Shown: positions 1-10,456 of the stretch, piece after piece | How the letters are laid out: every line of letters begins with the position of its first letter | How positions within the stretch are numbered: position 1 is the first letter of the stretch | From: a virus | Lineage: Duplodnaviria > Caudoviricetes | IMG/VR virus record: IMGVR_UViG_3300020530_000010 | Coordinates: 1 to 52,034 of that record | Strand: one strand, 5' to 3' | Length of the DNA stretch: 52,034 nucleotides | Translations under genes and position numbers: made by a program | The notes under the pieces: generated by a model | What the model was told of the DNA's origin: nothing | What the model saw: the letters and a program-made list of their open reading frames with translations, nothing else | The model's database searches: none

Positions 1-1
1 G

Positions 2-3000
2 ATGCAAGATAATAAAACTCTTATAGATTACACATTTGAAACTGCATATTATACAGAATTTAATAAAGGCGCTCAAACATATCAAGACGTTAAAACCACC
101 ATTACAACTGCTCAAGAAATATATGACTTAATTAAATATCATGAAGAAAGACAATTTAATAGTAATCATCCTAAAGACAATGCAAAAGATACTTTATTAG
201 AAACAATTAATAATAGTTTAGAAAAATCTATAATTATTAAAGTTAATTTATTTAATTTAGAACAAGGTGTCTATTTTAAATTAACATTCTTCCAAAAGAA
301 TTTAGACAATAATAATTTAGATCCTGTATTTAAAAATGACACCACTCGCAGCAACTCTAGGGGAGTTGCATTTAATGGTATAAATATAGCCGGTGTGCCG
401 CAAACACCATATGGGCAATCATATTCTTATAATACTACTAGCAATTTTCAATCTCAAAGTCCAAGTAATATTGGCAGCATTGTACCTGCCGATCCAAGGA
501 ATCAATTTTCACAAGATAAGGTTGCAGGAAAATTAGAAACATTTTATGATCCCAACACGAATACGTGGAATGCCGGAAATATACAAATATTAGCTAGATT
601 ATTAACAGATATTGATCCAGCACCAATACAATCTTTGCCAGAAGGAGATTTAAAAGATTCTGATGTTTCACAATTAATCGATGCATGCAAAGGATTTACT
701 ACTGGAAAAGCTATGCCACTATCCTTGCAAAAATCCAATCCACACACCTTTGGACCAGATTATATAGAATGTGGTACCAAAAAAATGGTAGAAATGACTG
801 TTGTGAATAGGTCATTACGCAAGTATACCAAAGGACAAGTAGTAATGTTAACTAAAATCAGTGGAGAGTGGATAGTTCAAGATTTTGGTCAAGATGTAAC
901 AGCTGGAGGAGGAACTAGATTTGGAGATTGGCACTTTATTAAGCTTATTGCCAATACTGACACTTATTTTAAAGATGATAGATATTATACGGCTGGCACT
1001 TTTCCCACTAAAATCAGTCCATCAGATTATGAATCTAGATCTAGAATACAATTTTATAATAATAAACTATCTGCGCTAGCTGACGATAACATATTGACAT
1101 CTATATATAATGGTTCAGTTGGTAGTGATCCTCTGACAAGAATAATAATAAATTTTAATAGACCTTCTAATCCTGTTGTTGATTTTGTTCCTAGTAAAAG
1201 ATATTATGTTGCTTCTATCTTTGATCAGCTTGGACCTAAAATGGGTGGACTAAATGATACAACATATTTATTTGCTACTAATATAGAAGATACTGCTATA
1301 TTTAATGATCCACTTTTTAAATATGCTGAACAGCTACCGGCTTTTTGGGGTCCAGTATATTCCGATGGTCACTCAAAAGTTGAATTTAATCCAAACGGTC
1401 GTGATAATAACAGTAAAATATTTTTTGATGCCAGTAAAATTGATTCAAACTGGATAATGGATGCTCCACAACCAAACGGCAATATCAACTTAAACTTTCC
1501 AGCAGAATGTTCTAGTACATTTATTAATCCAAGTTATATATTTAATAATTGGAGCAATTTAGGTAAAAAAGATTTTTTTATTGACGCAACATCTGCTAGT
1601 GGAATTCGTGCTCCATTTTATGGAACATCAATACCATCTTCTAAAAATAGGATACAATTTTCTCCGCTGCAAGCAGAATTTGCAGCTTCAGACGATTTAT
1701 TATCTACTAAAGCTAGAAATCCAAATAGAAGATTATACGACGTTGTAAGAGCTGCTATTTTTAATAGATTAGGAATTTCAGTTACTGAAAGTTTATTTGG
1801 AAAAAAATCTGAACTCAATATGTATAAAAGATCTAATCTTTTATTAAAATATCCAGATGATGAATTTGTCATTAAATTAGAAGATATTTCAGGCTGTACT
1901 GGAACACAGTTATATGATAATCCGGCAACAGAATTTAATTCTGTATCTACTTTTAATAGTGTAAAATACGACTGTTTTGTAAAAAGAAGCAATACCGGCT
2001 ACGATACTGTTGGTAGCCCGCAAATGTTCATAAGCAGTTTAACTGGTGGTAAAGACGGTGCCAATTGTGTTGGTATAATTTCTGCTAAACAAACTATTAC
2101 CAAAAAAATTGGTGGTAAATTAAACTATTCTATTAATCAGGATTTTGGATTAAATCAACAAAGATCATCTACATTAGCCACTAATACTCTAACCATTATA
2201 CCAGGAATTTTTTCGGCAGGAGGATCTGCTGGTGGCGGAAAAGAATATGGATTCCCACAATGGGGATCAACAACAGATAATGTTAATAGCATGGGAACAA
2301 CAGCTTTACATGTTAGAATTTTTGATTATTGGCCAGAACAATGTACAATATTTGATCCACGATATTTTGGAATACTACATTTTAATCCTAATGATAGCTC
2401 TGTAGACATTCCTATACCAACAAAAGATACTGGTTCTACAACAGCATTATTACAAGATATTTTAAAACTAGGAGATAAAATTAATGGAAGCACAAAATTA
2501 TTACCAAAAGCATCCTGGTTTAAAAATCCTATACGACGAGGAATGTTACTTACCAATAGTGGATTTAAATATCTAAAACATGAAATAGGATTGGCTTCAG
2601 ATGGTGTAATTGTATTTGGTGGTAGCGGCTTTCAAGATACATTTGATCACGAAGTAAAAAATAAAAATGTAATTTTGACTGTTAGCGTAGACTCATCTGG
2701 CAAAGTATCTGGAGTTGTAATAAAATCTGGCTCTGATAAGAAGTGTTACACAAAAGAAGGAATTGATACTAAATATAGAGGAACTAATTTTCTTCCTAAT
2801 GATTTTAATACTCCTGTTCCTTTGTACGAAAATGATCAATTAATAGGAAATGATCCAGAAAAAAAAGCTTTTGTTGTATCTATACCATCTCCAGCAGCTG
2901 GCGGAAAGCCAGCAGTAGTTAAATTTGAAGAAGGTGTTCTATATTTTATAGAACAATTAGATGAACCACCAAAAGAACAGATTCCAATGACTAGACTAAC

Positions 3001-3193
3001 TAGTAGCTCTAAACGTGGAGAAGGATTCATTCAAGAGGTAAAAGAGTCTGATTTTACACTAGAGTCTAATAATAGTGGAAAATATGATTGTTTTTACCAT
3101 TTTCATAATGATATTACTCATACCTTAATAACAGATAGGGCTAATCCCTATATAGCCGGATTCTTACAATATATTACTATGACCATTACATAA
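2..3193 (+). CDS. Large hypothetical protein, probably virion structural (may be 5'-truncated by the window edge)
   Basis: 1063 aa ORF rich in N/G/T/S, no enzyme motif recognised; co-oriented with the next beta-rich ORF. Confidence 0.6.
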   Translation: MQDNKTLIDYTFETAYYTEFNKGAQTYQDVKTTITTAQEIYDLIKYHEERQFNSNHPKDNAKDTLLETINNSLEKSIIIKVNLFNLEQGVYFKLTFFQKNLDNNNLDPVFKNDTTRSNSRGVAFNGINIAGVPQTPYGQSYSYNTTSNFQSQSPSNIGSIVPADPRNQFSQDKVAGKLETFYDPNTNTWNAGNIQILARLLTDIDPAPIQSLPEGDLKDSDVSQLIDACKGFTTGKAMPLSLQKSNPHTFGPDYIECGTKKMVEMTVVNRSLRKYTKGQVVMLTKISGEWIVQDFGQDVTAGGGTRFGDWHFIKLIANTDTYFKDDRYYTAGTFPTKISPSDYESRSRIQFYNNKLSALADDNILTSIYNGSVGSDPLTRIIINFNRPSNPVVDFVPSKRYYVASIFDQLGPKMGGLNDTTYLFATNIEDTAIFNDPLFKYAEQLPAFWGPVYSDGHSKVEFNPNGRDNNSKIFFDASKIDSNWIMDAPQPNGNINLNFPAECSSTFINPSYIFNNWSNLGKKDFFIDATSASGIRAPFYGTSIPSSKNRIQFSPLQAEFAASDDLLSTKARNPNRRLYDVVRAAIFNRLGISVTESLFGKKSELNMYKRSNLLLKYPDDEFVIKLEDISGCTGTQLYDNPATEFNSVSTFNSVKYDCFVKRSNTGYDTVGSPQMFISSLTGGKDGANCVGIISAKQTITKKIGGKLNYSINQDFGLNQQRSSTLATNTLTIIPGIFSAGGSAGGGKEYGFPQWGSTTDNVNSMGTTALHVRIFDYWPEQCTIFDPRYFGILHFNPNDSSVDIPIPTKDTGSTTALLQDILKLGDKINGSTKLLPKASWFKNPIRRGMLLTNSGFKYLKHEIGLASDGVIVFGGSGFQDTFDHEVKNKNVILTVSVDSSGKVSGVVIKSGSDKKCYTKEGIDTKYRGTNFLPNDFNTPVPLYENDQLIGNDPEKKAFVVSIPSPAAGGKPAVVKFEEGVLYFIEQLDEPPKEQIPMTRLTSSSKRGEGFIQEVKESDFTLESNNSGKYDCFYHFHNDITHTLITDRANPYIAGFLQYITMTIT

Positions 3194-3198
3194 AAAAT

Positions 3199-3208
3199 GT
3201 GTATATTT
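3199..3208 (+). promoter_or_regulatory. Candidate late-promoter motif variant (GTGTATATTT)
   Basis: Intergenic, ~30 nt upstream of ATG 3238; resembles the GTGTATAAT copies at 22032, 39411, 44550. Confidence 0.35.
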
Positions 3209-3237
3209 TATTAGTTAACTCTAAATTGGAGATTTTT

Positions 3238-3933
3238 ATGCCAGCTGAACTCAAATTTTATGCCAATATTTTGGGCGGTTCTAACACTATAATTAATCAT
3301 ACAGCCGGTTCTGGCTTGGGTTTTTATGGTAGTAATTTCGGCATTTCTGTTCCCGTGGGAGCCAAACAATCTAGCACATTCGTAACAGATGCTAATGGCG
3401 TTACTCAAGGCTCTCAATTAAATAATACATCGGCTGTTACTTCTGGTACCGTTTCTATTAACGGAGCACTGCCCGCTGTCTCATTAAATAATCTACCAAA
3501 TTATTTATGCCCACTAAACATTAGATTTACTAATGATATACCGGTCAGGGTGCAAAATTGTAAATTAAGAATTTTTGATAGAAATAATATCAATAATAAT
3601 GCCAGTGGCGTAACAACATATGTTTACGAATCTAGGCATCCAGCTACCGTACAAACGGTTTCTAATCTTTCGCACAGAGGACGATCATCAAATACGTGGA
3701 ACGAGTTTGATCCAGTTACACCAATGGCAGATATGACATTTACAAGCTCTCCAGGTGCCAGTGGATTAAATACAAATACATCAGATACCAACGCTGCTCT
3801 TGGATATGCTATTCAAGAAGGAGTACTACACTCTAGCACTCAACATGATTGGTATGTAGCATTAAGCTCTGAGCCAGAAAGTATTGGTAGCAAAACCCAA
3901 TATGGACTTTACTTTTCTGTAGAATATCTATAA
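3238..3933 (+). CDS. Hypothetical protein, probably virion structural
   Basis: GGAG RBS before ATG 3238 (MPAELKFYAN); 231 aa, G/S/T/N-rich, predicted beta-rich. Confidence 0.65.
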   Translation: MPAELKFYANILGGSNTIINHTAGSGLGFYGSNFGISVPVGAKQSSTFVTDANGVTQGSQLNNTSAVTSGTVSINGALPAVSLNNLPNYLCPLNIRFTNDIPVRVQNCKLRIFDRNNINNNASGVTTYVYESRHPATVQTVSNLSHRGRSSNTWNEFDPVTPMADMTFTSSPGASGLNTNTSDTNAALGYAIQEGVLHSSTQHDWYVALSSEPESIGSKTQYGLYFSVEYL

Positions 3934-3954
3934 TAGATATAAGATAATCAACTT

Positions 3955-3990
3955 AGGGGTAGCACACCATTATGCTACCCCTTTTCTTTT
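3955..3990 (+). terminator. Intrinsic terminator between convergent gene blocks
   Basis: Perfect 10-bp stem AGGGGTAGCA/TGCTACCCCT, 8-nt loop, followed by TTTCTTTT. Confidence 0.85.
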
Positions 3991-4290
3991 TTAATACTTG
4001 TTATTAATTAGCAAGCACTGCCTGTTGTATCCCCAATAATTATATTGATTTACTGGAATAGATACTGGTACATATGGATAGCCCCATATTACTCTAGTTT
4101 CAACAATAAGTGGATTTACTACCACTGGCACAGCAACAACATAATATGGAGTTTGATGAACCATAACTTGCACATATGGTGTTGTTTGAACTATATTTGT
4201 GTTTGAAACGTGAGTAACATTTTGTGCATATGCTTTATCTACCATAATAAAAACAATACACGCTATAATTGCTCTAAATAAATTTTTCAT
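3991..4290 (-). CDS. Small exported protein with signal peptide, V/P/Y-rich
   Basis: MKNLFR + hydrophobic core + AYA cleavage motif; coupled to upstream gene by ATGA overlap. Confidence 0.6.
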   Translation of the reverse strand: MKNLFRAIIACIVFIMVDKAYAQNVTHVSNTNIVQTTPYVQVMVHQTPYYVVAVPVVVNPLIVETRVIWGYPYVPVSIPVNQYNYWGYNRQCLLINNKY

Positions 4291-4625
4291 TCAGATTGCT
4301 CCGTTTTAGGATTCCATTTTACCCAGCCACCATCTGGTAGCCACTTGCCTTCATTATCTTTCCTCTTTGGAAATAGGCCACCGCCCTTTTTATTGACACC
4401 AAATGATAGTCTGGCACCACAGTCTAAGCATCGTAGCTCATAATATAAATTATCATCCACATTTCTAACTACGAATCTTAGATTCTCTGAACCACACTTA
4501 CCGCAGGCTGTTTCATCAAACACTTCTTGAAACTTACTAATAGCCTCAAATAAGTCTTTTTGAGATTCTCCTTCTAATTCTACTCTTAATCGACCATTCT
4601 TTGTTGTATATGTTAATTTCATCAT
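4287..4625 (-). CDS. Hypothetical zinc-ribbon protein
   Basis: CGKC...CLDC pairs; overlaps the stop of the upstream annealing-protein gene. Confidence 0.7.
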   Translation of the reverse strand: MMKLTYTTKNGRLRVELEGESQKDLFEAISKFQEVFDETACGKCGSENLRFVVRNVDDNLYYELRCLDCGARLSFGVNKKGGGLFPKRKDNEGKWLPDGGWVKWNPKTEQSE

Positions 4626-5380
4626 ATATTACGCCACTCCTGTTGGTATCCCACAATCTCTTCTGGTATTAATGACTTATCACGCTGAAAGTCATTTAGC
4701 TTATCTATTATATCGCTGGCTATTCTCTTAGAAATCTTTTTACTTAAATCTACATTAAATAAACTTTTGAATAAACCAGCTCCGTTAATATTAAGTTGCT
4801 TACACTTAACATCAATGAAGTTTAGTTGAGCATCACTCATTCTGCCCTGATCATTATAGTCACCATCGCTACTAGTTTTTGTAGACGATATTTCACGAAC
4901 TATCTTAGCAGTATCTTTCTTTGTTAGTTCTTCGGCAGCTACTGTGCGAATCTTTAAGGCTTTACGCAAAGCTCTAGCCTCTGCTCTTGTGCTAGCAATA
5001 GCAACCGCATAAGCACAAAACATATCATCAGTATTTCCTTCCCATGCGTCTGCCACTTCTGAATATCTAATCCCATTGCTAAATTCAACTGAAAAGATTA
5101 CAGTTGCTCTACCGTGATGGTCATCTCGTTGAACCGGAAAGACCTGTGTTGGACCACTAAATACTATTTGTCCCAAAAGCAGTTCAGCTACTCTTCTAAG
5201 ACCATGCACTAAAGGGTTGCCATCAACAAGTTCTGATTCTGTAAATAGTCCCATAACATAATCATTCCATTCTGGAGACAGTGGATGTGGACTATCTACT
5301 TGCACAACATTCTTAACACTAGTATCTGTATTGCTAGGAGTTTCAAGTTTTACATCTTCAAAAATCTCATCTTCTTTCAT
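4622..5380 (-). CDS. Putative Rad52-superfamily ssDNA annealing protein
   Basis: GLRRVAE...AVAIASTRAEARALRKALKI helix resembling Rad52/Sak-type SSAPs; C-terminal SDAQLNFI helical extension. Confidence 0.5.
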   Translation of the reverse strand: MKEDEIFEDVKLETPSNTDTSVKNVVQVDSPHPLSPEWNDYVMGLFTESELVDGNPLVHGLRRVAELLLGQIVFSGPTQVFPVQRDDHHGRATVIFSVEFSNGIRYSEVADAWEGNTDDMFCAYAVAIASTRAEARALRKALKIRTVAAEELTKKDTAKIVREISSTKTSSDGDYNDQGRMSDAQLNFIDVKCKQLNINGAGLFKSLFNVDLSKKISKRIASDIIDKLNDFQRDKSLIPEEIVGYQQEWRNI

Positions 5381-5387
5381 ATGTTCC

Positions 5388-6155
5388 TCATATTTCTAAT
5401 TCAATAAATCGTTTATCTTTATTTGGAAAACTTTTTTCTATATTATTTAATATTGCTAAAAGATTGTTTTTTAACTTTTCTTTATCTACTAGAGCTATAG
5501 AATCAGACAAATTCTTTACTCTAATAATAGCCAAGCCCTTACTCAAAATCAAGCCAGTTTTATGTTCATCTGCTTTTATTTGTTTTTGCAACTTTTCTTC
5601 ACCCCATATTGGTAAAAAATGAGATGGGCCGTCTATCTCTATTATAGCTCTAGCAGAAGGAATGTACATGTCAATTTCTAGATTCGTGTTGGCTATAAGG
5701 TTTGTCTTATGAAATTCTACCACAAATCCCGCCCGTGTCAACTCTTTTTGTAAAAATTTTTCTAGCTTAGAACCTTCTTTCCCAGCTGTTTGTATAGCCT
5801 TAATTGCAGCATCTTGCATTTTTTGTCTTTCTTGTTTTGACATTGAGTCCCAGCGGTCTTTAGAAGCTTTAACTCGCTTCTTGTATTCTTTGTCTGATAA
5901 GTTATCCCACGATTTTTTTAGACTATCACTTATTTTTAGTTTATCTTCTAGGGTTCTGGTTTTTCCGGCTGTTGGTATTTTAGACGTTCCATTTTTTAAT
6001 GCATTTTTTTGTGCTTCACTTTTATCGTTAAGTTCTACACCATGCTTAATAAGAATTCTTCGTATTTTATTAGCATATGTGTTATGTAGTTCAGCTATTT
6101 GATATGTGCTTTTTTTCTCTTTTACATACATATCTACAATTTTATTTTCATTCAT
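5388..6155 (-). CDS. Free-standing endonuclease: HTH + NUMOD3-like + DUF559/Vsr-like domain
   Basis: STYQIAE..IRRIL HTH; GKTRTLEDKLKIS; SKLE...EIDMYIP...IEIDGPSH nuclease motif. Confidence 0.75.
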   Translation of the reverse strand: MNENKIVDMYVKEKKSTYQIAELHNTYANKIRRILIKHGVELNDKSEAQKNALKNGTSKIPTAGKTRTLEDKLKISDSLKKSWDNLSDKEYKKRVKASKDRWDSMSKQERQKMQDAAIKAIQTAGKEGSKLEKFLQKELTRAGFVVEFHKTNLIANTNLEIDMYIPSARAIIEIDGPSHFLPIWGEEKLQKQIKADEHKTGLILSKGLAIIRVKNLSDSIALVDKEKLKNNLLAILNNIEKSFPNKDKRFIELEI

Positions 6156-6589
6156 AATATATCCTTTATAACATCAACAAAATTTTCTTCTGTTACGATA
6201 TTAGCATTATATTTAGTTAATCTATATATTTTATTTTTATCTTGGTCTGTTTTGCAGATAATTGGAATTTTTTTAGATACTACATAAAGTAGATTAAATA
6301 CATCTATATCCTCCCAACCATAATAAAATACAGTTTTAATATTATTAACAATTTTTATGCTCTTTTTTAGGCAATCTATATTCATAGTTACCAGAGTTCC
6401 ACGAAATCCCCACAGATCCGTAGAATTAAATAATCCACAATCCAAAAAGTATGGAACAAATCCAACACCATCATAAAATATGCTAGCGTCAGATATAGCA
6501 TTATGTTCTATATTTTTATTAATAATTGGTGCTATATGTTGTAATTGTTTATCTTCTGATAAGCTCTTTATATAAAATCCTATATTCAT
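6152..6589 (-). CDS. Hypothetical protein, possibly a GT-B N-terminal-like domain
   Basis: Starts MNIGFYI like GT-B proteins; last gene of the glycan island. Confidence 0.5.
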   Translation of the reverse strand: MNIGFYIKSLSEDKQLQHIAPIINKNIEHNAISDASIFYDGVGFVPYFLDCGLFNSTDLWGFRGTLVTMNIDCLKKSIKIVNNIKTVFYYGWEDIDVFNLLYVVSKKIPIICKTDQDKNKIYRLTKYNANIVTEENFVDVIKDIL

Positions 6590-6597
6590 TATATTAC

Positions 6598-7329
6598 CTA
6601 TATATATAAATTTTGATAACCAAGACATTGAGATACATAAAAATAGAATCTTTCTAATGCATGCTCCACCTTGCCGTCTGGTTGATAAAATGGGTCAAAA
6701 AATTCTTTATAAATACATTGATGTGCTTGTTGTATCACATCTTTTCGTGCCAAAAATACGTTTCCAGCAGTAAATTCTGGACATAAGCTATCTTCATGAG
6801 ATAAGTTATACTTTTCTAATAATATTCTCTGTAGTTCTTTTAGCCATATTACTGTATGCATATTTAGTACTAATAATTTTCTATATTTAAAGTCTATATT
6901 ACCATAAAATTCTACTAATTGATTAATATTTTTCACTTTATTTTTATGTTTTGCAGATGCAATAATTCCTATGTTTTCACTTCTATTTAACATAGATAAA
7001 TTAATATTAGATAATGGATGTATAAGCTCTTCTAACCAATCTTGCTTATTAATATTCTTGTCATGTAAATATAAAACCCAATCAGAATCTATATTATCTT
7101 TTTTAAAACTTTCATAAAATCCAAATTGATCCGTGCCCATATTTTCAACATATGTGACGGTAATATCAAATAAAGAAGACGCAATAGACAATAATTCTTT
7201 GTTTGTGGGTGAATTATTAATTAATGATAAATATATATGGCCATTATAAAATTCTTTTAGTCTTTTTAAGAGCCATGCACCCTCATTTTGATAATAAGCA
7301 AATACGTGAACAGAATATGGTTTCATCAT
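6598..7329 (-). CDS. Rhamnan synthesis F (RgpF)-like protein
   Basis: HVFAYY, ENMGTD, LYLHDK, FTAGNVFLAR, DGKVEHALER motifs. Confidence 0.75.
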   Translation of the reverse strand: MMKPYSVHVFAYYQNEGAWLLKRLKEFYNGHIYLSLINNSPTNKELLSIASSLFDITVTYVENMGTDQFGFYESFKKDNIDSDWVLYLHDKNINKQDWLEELIHPLSNINLSMLNRSENIGIIASAKHKNKVKNINQLVEFYGNIDFKYRKLLVLNMHTVIWLKELQRILLEKYNLSHEDSLCPEFTAGNVFLARKDVIQQAHQCIYKEFFDPFYQPDGKVEHALERFYFYVSQCLGYQNLYI

Positions 7330-8009
7330 TATTTATATAATAAGTTCATTGCAGCAACATTAAATTCTCCATGAAAACCAAAAGAATTATATGTAGACAA
7401 ATTATTTCTATTAAAATATTTTCTGTTAGATGGATGTTCTACCGAAAACTTATACGCTAAATCTATATTAGCAAACCTTACGTTCATATTAATCATGTGT
7501 TCATAAGAATAGTTACAAACAAACCAATCTTCTGGCGTTATTAACTGACCAGCTGGTATGTGTGGCTGAAACTGTATTTTACTATTATACTCTAATGTCT
7601 TAGCCGCTTGCATAAATTTTTGACTTCTCAAAGAGAAACCTCCATTACCAACATTATTATATTTTTCATGCAGCCACGGTGCTCCAATATAATCATAATC
7701 TAGAAATTCATCTAGCCACAAATCTGGATTGATTATAAAACCATCCCACTGAAAAGTCAAACAATACTTTGTATCTATATAGGATGGTAAATTATATATA
7801 GAAAAATAAGAATATTCTTCTTTATTTAATGATGGAATTTTAATAATATTAATATCATCATTATCACGGGAAGTATTAGATAAAATCTTAATTGATCCAA
7901 AGCTTATTTTCTTACTACAGAATTGTGCAGCTTTTATGGTATTATCTAAATATTTTTCATGTCCACAAATTGATATTAAGGTAATATCTGATAAATCTAT
8001 TCTCCCCAT
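7329..8009 (-). CDS. DUF5672-family protein (putative GT-A fold)
   Basis: FQWDGFI, YDYIGAPW, VGNGGFSLRS, PEDWF, FGFH motifs; alternative start at 8030. Confidence 0.8.
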   Translation of the reverse strand: MGRIDLSDITLISICGHEKYLDNTIKAAQFCSKKISFGSIKILSNTSRDNDDINIIKIPSLNKEEYSYFSIYNLPSYIDTKYCLTFQWDGFIINPDLWLDEFLDYDYIGAPWLHEKYNNVGNGGFSLRSQKFMQAAKTLEYNSKIQFQPHIPAGQLITPEDWFVCNYSYEHMINMNVRFANIDLAYKFSVEHPSNRKYFNRNNLSTYNSFGFHGEFNVAAMNLLYK

Positions 8010-8719
8010 ACGCACTCCATGTTCGACCACATATTATTACCCATATAATAAAATCTATCAAAACCAGCAGATTGTAAATATGGATTTAGTGTTGATCCTA
8101 TATCTAGATAGGTATTTTCTGGCTCATGCTTGGTTAATTGATGACATAAAATATTTCCAAATGGTCCGCAGCAAAATAAAAAGATCATATTCTTTAAATT
8201 ATAATTGTCTATTAACATCTTTGATTCTTCAACTATATTCCAACTATATTCCCATGCATTATGTTTTATGGGAATGTGGAGATAGGGCTTAAATGGTAAA
8301 TTATTTATTTTTCCATTCTCGTTACAAAATAATACAGTTGGTCTTGTAGAGAAAATGGGGATTATGTTATTTACAAAATATTTATAGTTATTATTTACCC
8401 ATATATTAGCCCATGTTAGATGCTCATTATCTTGATTAGAATATTGCTTCATTTCGTTGAATGTGTCTAATCCTTGACAGCACGGACACGATATACCAAC
8501 ATAATATCTATCATTTTTATATTGAAACGATTCTATTAATTTTTTTCGTTTAATTTGATCTTTAGGATCAGATGGATCAAACCAAAATTCTTTGTTATTT
8601 ATTTTGTGGTTTTTTATAACCGCCCATTCGCCATCGGCGTATTTTGAAAAACTAAAATGTTTATTTAATTCTAGCTTTTCCTTGAAAACAATAATATCTT
8701 TACTAAATAATTTTGTCAT
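7997..8719 (-). CDS. Putative GT-D-fold (DUF1792-like) glycosyltransferase
   Basis: FSFSKYADGE near N-terminus; CCGP and LDIGSTL near C-terminus. Confidence 0.6.
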   Translation of the reverse strand: MTKLFSKDIIVFKEKLELNKHFSFSKYADGEWAVIKNHKINNKEFWFDPSDPKDQIKRKKLIESFQYKNDRYYVGISCPCCQGLDTFNEMKQYSNQDNEHLTWANIWVNNNYKYFVNNIIPIFSTRPTVLFCNENGKINNLPFKPYLHIPIKHNAWEYSWNIVEESKMLIDNYNLKNMIFLFCCGPFGNILCHQLTKHEPENTYLDIGSTLNPYLQSAGFDRFYYMGNNMWSNMECVWGE

Positions 8720-8720
8720 A

Positions 8721-9719
8721 CTACATTATATTTTCTAATATACATGCTATTTTATCACTTGCGTATCCATCTCCATATGGACAGACATCACTTATTAATT
8801 CTATTTTAGTATTTGTAAACACGCTTTTTAAACTCATTGGTTCTTTACATAGCTGAGAAAATCTTCCCATTCCTTCTATTCTTTCTGTAGTTTTACGACA
8901 TACTATACATTTCTTTTTTAAGAATGCAGATTCTTCTTGTATACCACCGCTATCAGTTATTATTAAGGAGCATCTAGATATATAATCAATACAATCTTCA
9001 TGAGAAAGAGGTAATATTGTTTTAACGGTTTTAAATATGTTTTTATGCTTTTGTATCTCTGGATTGGGATGCATTGGGAAGATAAATTCTAAATGAGGAT
9101 TTTCTATAGCTAATTCTTCTATAGCATTAAACCAATCTTTGACATTATATAAATTTTCTCTTCTATGCAGTGTAATGAGAACTATAGGCTCTAAAGTAGA
9201 TTTTAAGTGTTTTAAATTATCCAACACAGTATTTCCAACAACATGAGCACTAGAATTTATACTTTTTACATTATTAAGATTATATAAAGACGTTTTTGTT
9301 GGACATAAGTGTATATCAGCCATTGCCCCTATGCTAATTCTATTGAATTCTTCTGGATATGGATTTTCTTTATCAAAACTTCTTAGTCCAGCTTCTAGAT
9401 GTATAATTGGTATTTTTCTGTGGAATGCAGCTAATGCCATAGCAAGAGCAGAAGTTGTATCTCCTTGCACCATAACATGACTTACATCTTTAAAAATAAC
9501 ATCTGCGCATTGCAATATACTAATAAATATACTATCTAGTCTATTTTTATATTCTTCTATATATAGATATTCTATAGAATAATCTTTAGTTGATGCGTCT
9601 ATCAAAGACGAGTGCTGACCAGTACATACTAATTTAAATGGAATTTTTCCTTTTAATTTATCTAATAGTGGCTTGATTTTTATCCATTCTGGTCTAGTAC
9701 CAAAAGATATTAAAATCAT
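8721..9719 (-). CDS. wecB: UDP-N-acetylglucosamine 2-epimerase (non-hydrolysing)
   Basis: FGTRPE, TGQH, VQGDT, HLEAGLRS, PEE, TLHRREN, TDSGGIQEE, PYGDG. Confidence 0.95.
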   Translation of the reverse strand: MILISFGTRPEWIKIKPLLDKLKGKIPFKLVCTGQHSSLIDASTKDYSIEYLYIEEYKNRLDSIFISILQCADVIFKDVSHVMVQGDTTSALAMALAAFHRKIPIIHLEAGLRSFDKENPYPEEFNRISIGAMADIHLCPTKTSLYNLNNVKSINSSAHVVGNTVLDNLKHLKSTLEPIVLITLHRRENLYNVKDWFNAIEELAIENPHLEFIFPMHPNPEIQKHKNIFKTVKTILPLSHEDCIDYISRCSLIITDSGGIQEESAFLKKKCIVCRKTTERIEGMGRFSQLCKEPMSLKSVFTNTKIELISDVCPYGDGYASDKIACILENIM

Positions 9720-10456
9720 TTTTTATCCTTTACTAGTTTATATCCTTGTGATAATAAGAAATTCCAATATGAATTAGCTTGATTGTACCCATCTGGTGTT
9801 CTAGATGTGGCATTATAGTCTTCCCCATATTTAGATGGATTTATAGAACCCCACATGTCCTTATCATTCTCTGGTTGCGGAGGCACATATGTATTGAGAT
9901 TAAAATGTTTTTGTATAGCATATGAAAAATGCATATCTTCTCCACCAAAAGCTGGAATTGTCTGAGGCATTTCTGCCCAATATGCTCTTAACCATGCCTT
10001 TTCAAAAAACCACGAATGTCCCATAATGTCTACTTGTTCAATGTTATTATTTCCACATATACTTTCATATTTACATCCAGGATAATTAGCGTAGTCATCG
10101 CCAAGCATTCTTACTCCACGGCAACCTAATAATCCTCTGTGAGTTTTCATGGTTTCTAAACAGTTTTCTATCCATTTTTTTCCCGGTATTGTATCATCAT
10201 CAATAACACAAACATATTTTGTGGGAGCATTCAATGCGTATGCAAATCTTGCCCATACACCAAAATTGACATTAGAAAATGTTGAAACAACGTTATGTAA
10301 TACGTCATATGGGTATTTATCCATAGAATCTTTATCATAGTTTGACCAAAACATTATTGGTATATTTTGATAAGTTTGATCTAAAATAGCTTGATATTGT
10401 TCTTTTAATACGTGCGGTCTTTTGTATCCACTCAAAATTACTGTAACGTCACTCAT
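9716..10456 (-). CDS. Glycosyltransferase, GT-A fold (GT2-like)
   Basis: VTVILSGYKRP, IDDD, GGED motifs. Confidence 0.8.
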   Translation of the reverse strand: MSDVTVILSGYKRPHVLKEQYQAILDQTYQNIPIMFWSNYDKDSMDKYPYDVLHNVVSTFSNVNFGVWARFAYALNAPTKYVCVIDDDTIPGKKWIENCLETMKTHRGLLGCRGVRMLGDDYANYPGCKYESICGNNNIEQVDIMGHSWFFEKAWLRAYWAEMPQTIPAFGGEDMHFSYAIQKHFNLNTYVPPQPENDKDMWGSINPSKYGEDYNATSRTPDGYNQANSYWNFLLSQGYKLVKDKK

